In this document: piece after piece, positions 1 through 13,223 of the stretch
Layout: each line of letters begins with the position of its first letter
How positions within the stretch are numbered: the first letter of the stretch is position 1
Assembly (NCBI GenBank): GCA_977016875.1
Contig: CDRNST010000058.1
Span: 3,906,001 to 3,970,000, forward strand
DNA: 64,000 nucleotides
Direction of reading: 5' to 3'
From: Pavona decussata
Lineage: Eukaryota
Position numbers and translations under genes: made by a program
The notes under the pieces: generated by a model
The model's database searches: none
What the model saw: the letters and a program-made list of their open reading frames with translations, nothing else
What the model was told of the DNA's origin: nothing

Positions 1-2188
1 CATTAGCTAGCAAAACTACAGGGTTTGAATATACGAACAGAGTCAGACTTTTTAGTGGCAAACCACAGCTTTTATGACAACAGGCTTTCAGCTTCTTAAG
101 GTTTGAACTCTTATTTCCGCAAACCAGTCAACATGTAAACATTGTTTATCAAGATTCTTCTAGACCTTTAGAGCCTAGAGAGACAACCCAATAACATTGT
201 GGCTCCGCGCTTATGTCTTGCTCGCCTAACTTATTTGAACAATGTATCTGATATTTTTTTCTTGACAAATTAACGACTGAGTGCAGTTTAATAACAGCCC
301 AAGCATGGTGTCGGAGAAAAGTTAAATTTCAGAGTTGAAGCTGTACATCGTAGAGATAGACATCTCTAAAATATTTCAAAATAAAACACATTTATCAGCT
401 CTGCTCGTTCTTAGAGCTAATTTCGCTGCGTTTTAGAGCGATTTTATCGGGATGGTGTCGAAGATGAGCCGCATTAATCTTTAAACGAATCAAACATCAC
501 ACAACATAAAGGTTCTTACCCTTACTTGTGTCTTGTGCTGGTTAGACATTACTTAGACAGCAACATTGCTTTAATCTTTCTTGCTTTTATATTATTTGAT
601 CTGATATGTAGCATCTTCCTGCAACCTATAGCTGTTGTCAAGGGAGTTGGGCACATAGTGTCCGCTGTTACTTAATTTTCAATTCTTTACACTTTTGCTC
701 GGCGCGTGGACGCGAAGATTTTTATTAATGAGATAAAAGGATTGTTGAGTAGTTCTTTTGAAAATGGTTGAATACGTTATCGATACAGTCATTCGTAGCT
801 CAGATGTCGTTTATTGCAAAATTTTCTGTGAATAGGCTGATTTCAATTCTTTATTGCACTAAGTTTTGTAAAGCGCTAATGGGCTAAACGGAATTAGCGC
901 CATACAAAAGTCACACGATAAGAGCTAACGCGTATGTTGTCTTTCGCAAAGGCAGATAAAACCTCCCTGGCCCTTTCTAACTTCAAGGCCTGATCATCAT
1001 TATATACTCAATAACAGTGATTTAAAGAGGGAACATATCTACATAAGATAAAGCCGGCAAGCCGCTTATCAAACTACTAAACCGACGAGAACCCCTCGCC
1101 TCTTGAATCCTTCCTCTATTGGGAACTAGCTTGCTATTGCAAAAATCAGCAAGTCAAATCAAACTTTATGTCTCTTTATGTTTTTTTGCAAAAAAAAAAA
1201 GAAAACAAAACAAAATTACAAAAAAAACTCTTTATCCTACTGGTTGCAAATGCCGGATGAATTTCATCTAAGTACTATTGGCATGATCCTTTTTTTTTTT
1301 TTTTTTGGCTCACGTTCTGTAGCTAGAACACCAGAAAAGCTAGCTTTCTGATCCAATTTTTTGTCTGAGACCATCAATGTGAGAAAGAATGCAAAGCCTT
1401 TTTACTCGAAACGGCACCGTTTTGTAACGTGCACCGAACAGTAACCGAGACACTAAAGCAGTTTTCCTTTTAACTTTAACCAGACCTGATTCACCGAGAA
1501 GTAATAACATAGAAAAATTTGCATTTTAACAGATCAGACTGACAACAATTTTCAACAGACGGTGTCTTCTCATGCAAACATTAGTGCCCATTGTCTGAAC
1601 TTCCTGTTTAAACACTGCTTTCCTTTATAAAATGATTGACATACTTCTCACCAGAGAAACGTTAACTGTAAACGAGCAAACAAAACTTTTTGATGGAATT
1701 AAACATCTCACAACCACAATTTTCATATCCACCGCACTGAACTGGACGATTCTGGCTAAGAACTTCCAAATACCTTTTTGCGGAATGAGAGGAAAGCTCT
1801 GTAGGTGTTTAAGTAAGTAAAGAATTCAATTTTTTTTCGTTGAGAAAATGAGAGCAATCGCGAACCATAGGCTCCAGTAAAGTATTAAGTTAAATATTCA
1901 GAAGCACCAAAACAGTGGAGGACGAACAATAACTTAGCAAATATTTCCAAATAACCTGTCTTTGGCTAATATAAACATTAACACTTGTCTCCAGAAAGTC
2001 CGTTGTCATTGTTTGGTGGTTTCTTTAGTTTGTCAGTGTCAACTATCGTTTGCAACGAAATATAATACAAAATAATTTAGAGCAAAATATAAATAAAATA
2101 TAATACAAAATAATTTAGAGCCCTTCAGTGGTATTTTAGCGCAGCCAGTTAAAAAAGTATGTTTAGAAAAGAACTGATCATTAAGATA

Positions 2189-2576
2189 CACTCTGTTCTT
2201 TTATAAGAACCTTTTTTATAAGAACGTCGAGGCTGAGATTAACCGAAATTTTATCAACGTATTAAAAACATTCCTCAGCTGAGAGTCGATTATGAACGTT
2301 TTTAGTATTTTGCTAATCTGTATATAAAATCAAGGTAACAAATGTAAATTAACCAAAATACTATAACATTAACAATGGTGACACATATCAGTTTGTCATA
2401 ATCACTTTGATAGGTTTCCTGGTCACGTCCACATTGATTTACTGAAATACATGTAGTGTATAACATGTACTGTTTAAGAACATCTTAAGAACGTTTTCAG
2501 CCTCAAGTCGCAAAAAAATATAAGAACGTTCAGCCTCAGCTCCAAAATTAGACCTTCTTATAAAAAAAACAGAGTG
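2189..2576. mobile_element. Tc1/mariner/pogo-type MITE (TA TSD)
   Basis: TIRs cactctgttcttttataagaa ... ttcttataaaaaaaacagagtg, flanked by TA (2187-88, 2577-78). The paralogous empty site is at ~6505 (attaagatgtcacaac). Confidence 0.9.
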
Positions 2577-4366
2577 TATCACAACAGCGAATTACGGATG
2601 AAGGTTATTTTGATTCGGTTTACTCATATTATTTCAAGCATACGACGGAAGTCAGTATATATATATGTACAAATTGCCCACTTGAATAATCTTTGCATAA
2701 AATTGAGTGCTTAACCATAGCACGGAAATATGTTCTCAGATGAAACGAATTGTGGCAGACAAATGTTACCAAGGTTACTAATATTCTTCACTGTTATTCC
2801 CCAAACTGTGGTGTGTTCAAAACCTTCTGTGAAAAATCGTGATTACAGATTACTCCCATTCCGATGTCGAAAATGTATATCGAGTCAGTAACAGAATTAA
2901 AAGCCACCTATATCTATTAAACTCCCTATTAAAGTAGACATGAAGAGCCCCTTCCTCTTAAATACCTTTTCGTCTGGATAATTTTTATCGCAAAAATCAG
3001 GGACTGAAAATGGACTACTACCGGTATGTGCTTTCTACGATGCTCTGAAATTATTCAGCTAATTATCACACAGGCGGTAAAATCTAGTTTCATAAGCGAA
3101 AATTTACTTCATTTCATTTCAGTTCCAATATTTTTAAAAAAGAAAACAGACTTGTTCTTAACTAGTCGTGACTGTTCAAAATGAGTGGTTTCTGAAAAAA
3201 TGAAAGATTGGAAAGAAACTTAGTTTACAGACCTGATGTAACCGGCTAAAGGTCGGTTTAGGTAAATAACATAATTTAAACGAAAAATGAGTGATGCAGA
3301 GATCCTCACTGTTTCTCTGATTCCAAGATAATGCTAGTTATACTTTCACTAGTAAACCAGTTACTGGACTGAAGGAAACAGAAAACGTTTTAACTCAATT
3401 AAACTCAGTTTCAAGTTGCCATTGAACTCTTTAATTTCACCTAAGCCACTTGCCATAATCCTTTTGCTGGCTCACGCTGCAACTGTAGCTTCAAAACGAG
3501 AAAAGCTAGTCTTCTGATCCAGTTTTTTTTTTTGTGCAACCATCCGAAGGCCCGGTGTGAAAGGATGCAAAGCGTTTTGTTGCAACGGCACCGTCTTTCA
3601 ATGTTCACCGTTCAGTAACCGAAACGGTCAAGTAGTTTTCCGCTTTTAACTGAAACAAGGCCTTACTCATCGAGAAGTAATAACAAGTAAAGATTTGCAT
3701 TTTAACAAATCAGACTGACGACGATTTTTAGCAGACACTTCAACAAACGCGGTCTTCTTATGCAAACATTGTCTGAGCTTCCGGTTTGAACAGCGCGTTC
3801 CTTTATAAAATGATTGACATACTTCTAATCAGAGACAGTTACTGTAATCGAGCAAACAAAACTTTTTGTTTGAATTAAATATCTCACAACCACAATTTTC
3901 ACGCGGACCGCACTGAACAGGACGGTTCTGACTAAAAACTTCCAATTGACTTGTTTTGGGGGGTGAGGGGAAGGTCTGTCTCCGTTTCTGTGGAGTAAAG
4001 AATTCAATTCTCTTTCGTTGAGAAAATGTGAGCAATCGTAAAACATAGGCTCCAGTATAGTATTAAGTTAAATATTCAGAAGCACCAAAACAGTGGAGAA
4101 CAAACAGTAACTTGGCAAATATTTCTAGATAACCTGTCTTTGGCTAATATAAACATTAACACTTGTCTCCAGAAAGTCCGTTGTCATTGTTTAGTGGTTT
4201 CTTTAGTTTGTCAGTGTCAACTATCGTTTGCAACGAAATATAATACAAAATAATTTAGAGCAAAATATAAATAAAATATAATACAAAATAATTTAGAGCC
4301 CTTCAGTGGTATTTTAGCGCAGCCAGTTAAAAAAGTATGTTTAGAAAAGAACTGATCATTAAGATA

Positions 4367-4754
4367 CACTCTGTTCTTTTATAAGAACCTTTTTTATAAG
4401 AACGTCGAGGCTGAGATTAACCGAAATTTTATCAACGTATTAAAAACATTCCTCAGCTGAGAGTCGATTATGAACGTTTTTAGTATTTTGCTAATCTGTA
4501 TATAAAATCAAGGTAACAAATGTAAATTAACCAAAATACTATAACATTAACAATGGTGACACATATCAGTTTGTCATAATCACTTTGATAGGTTTCCTGG
4601 TCACGTCCACATTGATTTACTGAAATACATGTAGTGTATAACATGTACTGTTTAAGAACATCTTAAGAACGTTTTCAGCCTCAAGTCGCAAAAAAATATA
4701 AGAACGTTCAGCCTCAGCTCCAAAATTAGACCTTCTTATAAAAAAAACAGAGTG
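4367..4754. mobile_element. Tc1/mariner/pogo-type MITE, duplicated copy
   Basis: Same sequence as 2189-2576 shifted by 2178 bp; TA at 4365-66 and 4755-56. Confidence 0.9.
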
Positions 4755-7240
4755 TATCACAACAGCGAATTACGGATGAAGGTTATTTTGATTCGGTTTA
4801 CTCATATTATTTCAAGCATACGACGGAAGTCAGTATATATATATGTACAAATTGCCCACTTGAATAATCTTTGCATAAAATTGAGTGCTTAACCATAGCA
4901 CGGAAATATGTTCTCAGATGAAACGAATTGTGGCAGACAAATGTTACCAAGGTTACTAATATTCTTCACTGTTATTCCCCAAACTGTGGTGTGTTCAAAA
5001 CCTTCTGTGAAAAATCGTGATTACAGATTACTCCCATTCCGATGTCGAAAATGTATATCGAGTCAGTAACAGAATTAAAAGCCACCTATATCTATTAAAC
5101 TCCCTATTAAAGTAGACATGAAGAGCCCCTTCCTCTTAAATACCTTTTCGTCTGGATAATTTTTATCGCAAAAATCAGGGACTGAAAATGGACTACTACC
5201 GGTATGTGCTTTCTACGATGCTCTGAAATTATTCAGCTAATTATCACACAGGCGGTAAAATCTAGTTTCATAAGCGAAAATTTACTTCATTTCATTTCAG
5301 TTCCAATATTTTTAAAAAAGAAAACAGACTTGTTCTTAACTAGTCGTGACTGTTCAAAATGAGTGGTTTCTGAAAAAATGAAAGATTGGAAAGAAACTTA
5401 GTTTACAGACCTGATGTAACCGGCTAAAGGTCGGTTTAGGTAAATAACATAATTTAAACGAAAAATGAGTGATGCAGAGATCCTCACTGTTTCTCTGATT
5501 CCAAGATAATGCTAGTTATACTTTCACTAGTAAACCAGTTACTGGACTGAAGGAAACAGAAAACGTTTTAACTCAATTAAACTCAGTTTCAAGTTGCCAT
5601 TGAACTCTTTAATTTCACCTAAGCCACTTGCCATAATCCTTTTGCTGGCTCACGCTGCAACTGTAGCTTCAAAACGAGAAAAGCTAGTCTTCTGATCCAG
5701 TTTTTTTTTTTGTGCAACCATCCGAAGGCCCGGTGTGAAAGGATGCAAAGCGTTTTGTTGCAACGGCACCGTCTTTCAATGTTCACCGTTCAGTAACCGA
5801 AACGGTCAAGTAGTTTTCCGCTTTTAACTGAAACAAGGCCTTACTCATCGAGAAGTAATAACAAGTAAAGATTTGCATTTTAACAAATCAGACTGACGAC
5901 GATTTTTAGCAGACACTTCAACAAACGCGGTCTTCTTATGCAAACATTGTCTGAGCTTCCGGTTTGAACAGCGCGTTCCTTTATAAAATGATTGACATAC
6001 TTCTAATCAGAGACAGTTACTGTAATCGAGCAAACAAAACTTTTTGTTTGAATTAAATATCTCACAACCACAATTTTCACGCGGACCGCACTGAACAGGA
6101 CGGTTCTGACTAAAAACTTCCAATTGACTTGTTTTGGGGGGTGAGGGGAAGGTCTGTCTCCGTTTCTGTGGAGTAAAGAATTCAATTCTCTTTCGTTGAG
6201 AAAATGTGAGCAATCGTAAAACATAGGCTCCAGTATAGTATTAAGTTAAATATTCAGAAACACCAAAACAGTGGAGAACAAACAGTAACTTGGCAAATAT
6301 TTCTAGATAACCTGTCTTCGGCTAACATTAACATTAGTACTTGCCTCCAGAACGTCCGCTGTCATTGTTTGGTGCATGGTTTCTTTAGTTTGTCAGTGTC
6401 AACCATCGTTTGCAAAATAATTTAGAGCACTTCAGTGGTATTATAGCGCAGCCAGTTAAAAACTTCGCGGTACTTCATGTATGTTAAGAAAAGACCTGAT
6501 CATTAAGATGTCACAACAATGAATTATGGAGGATAAAATAATTTGATTCTTTTCCTCATACAGTTATTTCACGCATACAACAGACATCAGTATGTACAAA
6601 TTGACCCAATTGAATAATCTTTGCATAAATTTTGAGTTCTTAACCACAGCATGGAAATATGTTCCCATCTGAAACGAATTGTTTCAAATAAGTGTTACTA
6701 AGGTTAGTAATATGCTTCACTGTAAGTTCCTAAACTGTGGTGTGTTGAAAACCTTCAGAAAAAAAATATTTTGGATTACTCCTAAATCGATGTCCAAAAT
6801 ATATCGTAATCTGTCTTTCACAAAGGCAGTTAAGGTCTTCCTTGCCCTTTGAAAAGACCCGGACCATACTACTGCACTGGAGGAAATTGAGTCAGTAACA
6901 GGATTCAAGGCTACCTTTCAGTTATATAATGATTGCTCTGAAATTATTCAGCTAACCATGACACCGGAAGTAAAATTTAGTTTTAGAAACGAAAATTTCC
7001 TTCATTTCATTTCTGTCACAGTTTTGTCGTTTGAGAAAACGGACTTGCTCTTTCTCTCTTTGTGTCTGTTTAAAATGAGTGGTTTCAAAAATGAGAGCAA
7101 ACAAATAAAGTAAGTTTACAGGCTTGATGTAACTAAGGCTCGGTTTAGGTAAATACCTTAATTTGAAAGAATAACGGATGATGTAGAGATCTCCACTATG
7201 ACTTTGATTTCAAGATAATGCTAGTTATAACTCACAATGT

Positions 7241-7350
7241 GACCAGATTCCAGTTGGCTTGATAGCTCAGTTGCTCAGGTGCACCGGCATCGCAGAGGTC
7301 ACGAGTTCGAATCTCGTCAGTTCAAGGCTGAACTTTTTTCAGGCTTTCTT
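7241..7350 (+). repeat. tRNA-derived SINE-like repeat
   Basis: A-box-like tagctcagttg and B-box-like gagttcgaatc followed by a T-run; no intact cloverleaf. Confidence 0.65.
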
Positions 7351-7616
7351 CTATAGGCCCTACGTAAAAAGGGCTGACGTTTTTAATATTCTTTAGTAGG
7401 GATTAAAATTAGCCACACTAGTCCCGTTCTAAAGTTCAAATATGAAAAGAAAATGAATGCAGAGAAACGAATATTAGAATGTCAACCATTTTTGCATTCA
7501 GGTCTATTTTTTTGTCAGATAATTCTTCCCGCTTACATTGAACAAATCCGTGACTACTCTGCTACACAGTTTGTCTGAGACCTTATGGGACTGCATTTTT
7601 TGTTTTATGTCAATTA

Positions 7617-7885
7617 TCACGGTACGGGGAGTGCTTGCGTAATCTCCCGAGCCAGAGGCTCATGCATTATGAGAAAGTGCTTGACAATAATCCATATCGA
7701 ATTGGAATTTGAAAATGTTGGTTTTTGAGGAGAGGGGAAAACCCGAGTACCAGGAGAAAAACCTCTCGGAGCAAGGACGAGAACCAACAACAAACTCTGA
7801 ACCCACATATGACGACAAGTCGGAAAATCGAACCCGAGCCACATTGGTGGGAAGCAAGTTTTCTCACCACTGCGTGATCTCCCAT
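7617..7885 (-). mobile_element. tRNA-headed SINE (common anthozoan interspersed repeat)
   Basis: Minus strand has gcagtggtgaga (A box) and ggttcgatt (B box), then the body ...ccttgctccgagaggtttttctcc...tcctcaaaaaccaacatt... Confidence 0.75.
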
Positions 7886-7889
7886 TGAA

Positions 7890-10262
7890 AAATGTGGAAA
7901 TTGGCTCATACGCATTCTTAGCTTGAAAATCAGCAGAGATTGAGCATAATAAATACAAAGGCTTTGATTTCCGCACTCATTCCATGCCAGAACACAAGAT
8001 CTTTCGCCTTTCTCAAACAAGAAACGGAATGCATCTTTGAAAGCATCCCCAAACGGGAATGGGAATGATCACTCTCTGACTCTTGAACAGAAGACCATGT
8101 GGAGAGAAATCTCATCATGGTAATTTCAGTAATCGCGAACTTGCACTGGCACTTACTGTCTTCTTTCAGGAGACTACCACCATCTGTGCTCCCTGATTAT
8201 ATTTAACCACGAGGTTGAAGTACTAAAGCCCTAACCGGAGAGAATAGACTTCTGCAAAAACGTCTGCAGGGGCTTGTGGTCTGGCCAACTGTTATTTCCT
8301 CACGACTCAGCAAGGTACTGACTAAATCTTTCGCAGGAGTAGGCAAGAACTAGACACTCTTAGTCTATCTGCACGTACTGTCTCTCAGTCTGGGATAAAG
8401 TTCTTGAGGCAAAAGCGACCGGTTGGCCATTCTGCAATAAAGCCAACGCACCTAGCCCATATTCCGCGCTTGCATCGCACTGAACTGTAACCTCCTCTTG
8501 CCGATCGTAACAATTGAATCACTAGCTCTCGCACCTCCTGGAAAACTGACTTTTGTTGCTTGGACCAGATGAACTTTGCTTCCATCGCGGTTATTTCTTT
8601 CTGTGGTTGAGCAACTTCTGATAACCTTGGTAGAAAAGTCGATAAATATATTCACGAATCCTTAGAGACTTAACACTTCTTTCTCCGATGTCGACTTCGG
8701 CATCTCCCGAATTGCGCTCAACTTGTCAGAGTCTGGCTTTAACTCATTCTTAATTCGTAATCCAGTGTTACTTTCTGCGGTTCATTTTCCTGCTGTTTTA
8801 AAGCGAAGATTGGCCTTGCAAGCTTGCTCTAGTAGACGAACTAGATTCTCATCATAATTTACTTTTGCCTCAGCTTCGTTCTCTTCATCATCAAACACCA
8901 ATACGTCATCTCTAATGATTGTTATGCCGGGAAGACTCCACCAAGTTACACGGGTAATTTGGATTCGAATTCTTCCGGACCTAAGTTAATTCTAAATGGT
9001 AACCTCAGGTACTTGGATAGCGGCCAAAAGGAATCCAGTAGGTGTTTTCAGGACTGCTGCTTTCATCCAATCTAACCTGATAAAAACCATCTTTTGTATT
9101 GAGCGTACTGAACACTATGGCTTTGTTGAGCTTGGGCAGCAACTCATCCAGGGTGGGCATTTCATAATTTATACGGATAGCTGTTGAGATCCTTAGGATC
9201 AAAATACAAGACAAGTTCTTATCTTTTTGGGTGTTCACCACCTACCATAGTGCTGATCCATTCAGTTGGTGCCAGGACCTTTTCCACAATTCCATTTCTT
9301 TCCAGGTCATCAAGCTTGGCCTTGACTTTGTCTCTCGCGGCAACCGGTATGCGACGCGGGGAATACTACACTGGCTTGACATTGGGGTCAGTGATAATGG
9401 CTGTGTCTCTTATATTCCCTAGACCCTCGAACACGTGTATTCTTTGGTCAGGTTACTGATCTCTGGGACATGTATGGACTCTTCGGGAGCTATCTGTACT
9501 TGACTATTCTGTCAACTGTGAGGGTGGTCTCGCCGATACGCTATATTAAGGTGCCATCAAACAGCTTTAACTGGATATTAAACTCTCTCAGTGGCGGATT
9601 CCCATGCTGTAACAAGTTACTTAAATCTTTGTAGCTGATCACATTACAAGTAGCACCAGTGTCCAACTGACATATGAGCTACTCAAGGGGAGCTGCTCTG
9701 TGTACTTTCCTTCCATTACGAATGTAATATTGGACGTCAACTGTTTTCCACACCCCTTGATCGCGGTGATCTGTTCTCTCTTTCACAGAAATTCTTCTGA
9801 ATCATACACTTCTACCTCTTCTGCTAAATAAACCTTTTCTTTGGCTTACAGGCACACCTTAGAATAATGGTTCATTTTTCTTCCAATTTCGACACTGCTG
9901 ATCATCAATTGGACAATCTGTACGCTTCGCATGTCAACTGACAGTAAAACTTGCATTTCCAAATTCTGGCAGAAGGATTTGGTGACGTCTTTTGGTTTCG
10001 AGGCTTTCTAGGTTTCTTCTTTGGTTAAGGTTTGCGTTTGTTACCCACCAGAGTCGATGTAGCTGTTCACTACTAACTTTTTCACAAGACTGCAACGACT
10101 TTAGCTGTTTGTTATAGTTATTTCGCTTGATTTACCCATGTCAAGAGCTTTATCCAGTGACAAATCTTTCTCTCTACTCGATCTAGCTTTTTTGCCTTTA
10201 TCTAGTATTCCAATAACTAGTCTATCGCGTATCATTTCTTCAGTCAGTGTACCGAACTGACC
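7890..10262 (-). mobile_element. Decayed Ty3/Gypsy LTR-retrotransposon internal region (gag-protease-RT-pol fragments, many frameshifts and stops)
   Basis: Minus-strand motifs: gag EEMIRDRLVIGI (~10205-10240), protease CQLDTGATCNV (~9640-9672), RT PTLDELLPKLNKAIVFSTL..KDGFYQVRLDE (ORF 9005-9241), catalytic-region IIRDDVLV (~8895-8920). No LTR pair identified. Confidence 0.85.
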
Positions 10263-11849
10263 GTGATGAACCTCTGATTGATTTTCAATCCATTTTGCAT
10301 TAGAGTTTACTTTATTTGGTTTACTTTTTTACTAAGCGAGTCAATATTTGCTTTGTTTTAGTACCAGAGTGATTTGAACGATATTTAGCAGTGTAAAAAA
10401 CAAGATAGAAAAATGCAGGGTTTTTTTAAAATCGTATATGGCTAAGAATTAGCAAAGGGTTTGCTTTGCGGAAAATATATAACTCGTATTAAGTCAGAAT
10501 AAATTTGGGGCGACGCAGTTGATGGGTCTTCCTCAAACGAAACTCCACTAAGATTTATTCTATACATTACGACTCTTAGCTTTAAATGTCTAAACCCGTC
10601 CACTTTGCTACCCTAGAGTAATGGAAGTTGAGCCAGAGCGTTACGACAACAAGAATACATAAGCTTCATGTTTCTCAACCGTGGCAATTGAAAATGCCTT
10701 TTTGTAGAAATCTCGCTGATAGAAGTCAACACAAAGACTATTTTCCAATTTAATATTTCTTTAGGATGAAATCAGACTTACAATCGATGCCTTTCAGCAA
10801 GAGTTGTAAAGGTATGCGTAAGCATATTTTATAAATCGATTGTTTTTCTGTTGGTTATAATAACTTTGCAAATCGACTGCCTTTTAAAATGCATATATTT
10901 CCAAATGCCACCCAAATGTTTACAGGGTCTTACATTAGCATTTCAAGGTCAAATTTGTTTTAGGAAACGGGAAAATCTCCTCTTTGCAAATTAGAATGAA
11001 GCGCACTTTAGTTTGTCTTCTACTGTAAGTTGACACAAATGCCGGAATGTTCGCACGCTGTAGGCAAGCGTTACACAGTTATGAGTTTCTGGTCAAGCTG
11101 TAATTCGGCAAATGTTTGATTAAATTTGGCCAATTTTTACAAATTCAGAACTAGGGCATTTTAAAATTCCTAGCCAAACAAAATTTTCGATAAAGACAGT
11201 ATAGACTAACGCGTTCATCTTTATTTTCTTTGTTTATTCTGCCCAAAATCACGTTTGTAATGTTGAAACAAGACTTGATTATACGCAAAAGCTTTTCGCT
11301 GTTTCTCTGCAGGATTTGTTGGTTTTTCTCGCATTTTACCCGCTCCTTCGGGTCCGAAGAGTCAACTTCTTACAAACAGGTTTCCTTTAAACATTTAAAG
11401 TCTCCAGTCTTTATTCTAGGACACTGTTCATGAAGCTCTTACAAGAAGTTGCATCGCGCAGAGTAAACCTACATTTTAAAGTTATACAAATAATTTTAAT
11501 AATAAAATTGACAATAATTGACAGAAAAAAGTTGTGGACCTTGAATTGCTTGGCATAGCGGTTATTGATAAACAAAAAGCTAAGGTTCGCCGAAATTTGT
11601 TTTCAACAAAGGTGAATCCACTATTGCCACTAATTCCTAGTTAAATTTGTCAATTGCTGTCTCGTGGATTTAAAACTTTCCAAGAACTCAAATTTCGCAA
11701 AAAAAAAACACTTATTCTTTTTTTTCTATGAAGGACAGATCGGTTATGAATAATTCAGTAGGCGAAAAACGCATGTCTCACAATGAACTTTTTGTGATAC
11801 GTAAGGCCATGGCCGGAATTCAGCTTGAGACATGTTTACTCTTTACAGG

Positions 11850-12270
11850 AGCAAGAGCGTCGATCGGGCTCTCCATCTAACTCTATTATTTGCCATCTTC
11901 CGGTCCTCAGTCCAAAACAGGTAATTCCTTCGCAATTCCTTCAGTGTGTTGTGCCTCCAGGACTACTTTGGGCATCCCTCTCCTCCCATTCGATATTGAG
12001 GGCAGTCCGTGTGATGCTACCCTCAGGTTTACGAAGGGTGTGCTCAATCCACTTCTATTTCCTCTTCTTGATTGTCTCTTCTCTACAACTTTGACTCGTC
12101 CTCTGTCAGAGCCCTTGGTTGGGAATAGTTTTTGGCCATCTAATCTTCAGGACCCGGCCCTGCGTAAGCACTTAACTTGTCGATAAATGTCTGCAACTTC
12201 TAGACAGTGATTTCGTTGACCTCATGTTTTCGAACCGTACAAGGGAAGAGATTTCACATTTGCATCCTGA
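11850..12270 (-). mobile_element. RTE-clade LINE 3' fragment (decayed)
   Basis: Minus-strand translation gives NVKSLPLYGSKT, KLQTFID, RWPKTISN and IEHTLRKPEGSITRTAL, typical of the RTE ORF C-terminus. Confidence 0.75.
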
Positions 12271-13111
12271 ATTATTGTATTATTAAAGGTGAAACATTTC
12301 GTGGAATATTAGCGTTTAAGTTCACAATAACCTGAACTTTCCTCCGTCGTTCTGTTTGTCATCCTTGTGGCTCAAAACGGTGACTTTTTAGCAATTTGAA
12401 GGGTTGGCCGTCTACAGTACAAACTGACACTTTGTGTGTTTGCCCCGCATTACAGTCTGAGTTCTAAATTGTTAGCCAAGATTTGATTCGTAGCCGACTT
12501 GGGAAGCACTGATGTCGTCTACTTGATAATTGGGCAAATGCTCACAGAAAATCCTGCCAGTCGGAAAAATCCTTACAATTCGGCCTATGCTTGCTTTTTG
12601 TAGTCCTCTTGAGTATTCTTTGTGTTACTTAGCTTGAAATTCCGGAAATCATATCTCTCCCAGCAAAACATTTTTTAGATACACAGAAAAATGACCAAGA
12701 AGAATTGATTATATCAGCAAAATGAGCGAAGCGACGTTGAACCTAAAAGGCACTCAAAATTGTTGCTGGTAGAAAAAAAACCGGAAATCAAATTTTCCAA
12801 ATTACTCTTCGTGCAGTAGTCTAGTTACTTGCGAATGACATACTACCGTTGACCCTTCACTCTATTCACTCTTCCATAGTTACCATAACAAAAGGTGATG
12901 ATATTCTTCTCAGACGATTTTGGCATATTTGTTGAAGGCAAAAGGTAATTATCATTTAAAAAAGAACTAGTCCTGCATTCGTTATTGAATTAATGTAGTC
13001 GTTCTAGATGTTTATTTCGATCGTTTGGCTTTGTCTCATCTGTAGATTAAGGTATATAACATTTGCGCATTCCTAGAAATGGGACATGACGAACAGACAC
13101 GCTTCAACTTA

Positions 13112-13223
13112 TCCTGATCCAAGCGTTCAGATAGCGGGGAGCGGCGTGGAGAAAATTGCGATGGTTTGCACCGCAATTTTCTTAGCGCTGCTCCCCACTT
13201 TGTGACTCGGCTAGAACAGGCTA
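13112..13223. repeat. Short imperfect inverted-repeat (MITE-like) element
   Basis: cctgatccaagcgttcagatagcggggagcggcg ... cgctgctccccactttgtgactcggctagaacagg are imperfect inverted ends. Confidence 0.5.

Larger units (their letters stand above)
1270..7240. repeat. Tandem array of a ~2.2-kb non-coding unit (about 2.7 units); central 2178-bp duplication is near-identical
   Basis: 1951-4128 recurs at 4129-6306 with period 2178 (identical ORFs at 3825/6003 and 3829/6007). More diverged copies flank it: 1270-1950 resembles 3450-4128, and 6319-7240 resembles 1963-3350. Confidence 0.95.

Noticed and set aside
3825-6224. Duplicated 68-73 aa ORFs as genes
   Set aside because: They are identical only because of the 2178-bp duplication, are not preserved in the diverged copy at ~1650-1870, and have no recognisable motifs.
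7255-7330. Possible tRNA gene
   Set aside because: A and B boxes are present, but there is no consistent acceptor or anticodon stem; it fits a tRNA-derived repeat. The same applies to 14575-14645.
10766-11470. Possible small plus-strand spliced gene (exon-like segments 10766-10811, 11313-11379, 11420-)
   Set aside because: Splice-like signals exist, but the second intron would be only ~40 nt and the peptide has no recognisable features.
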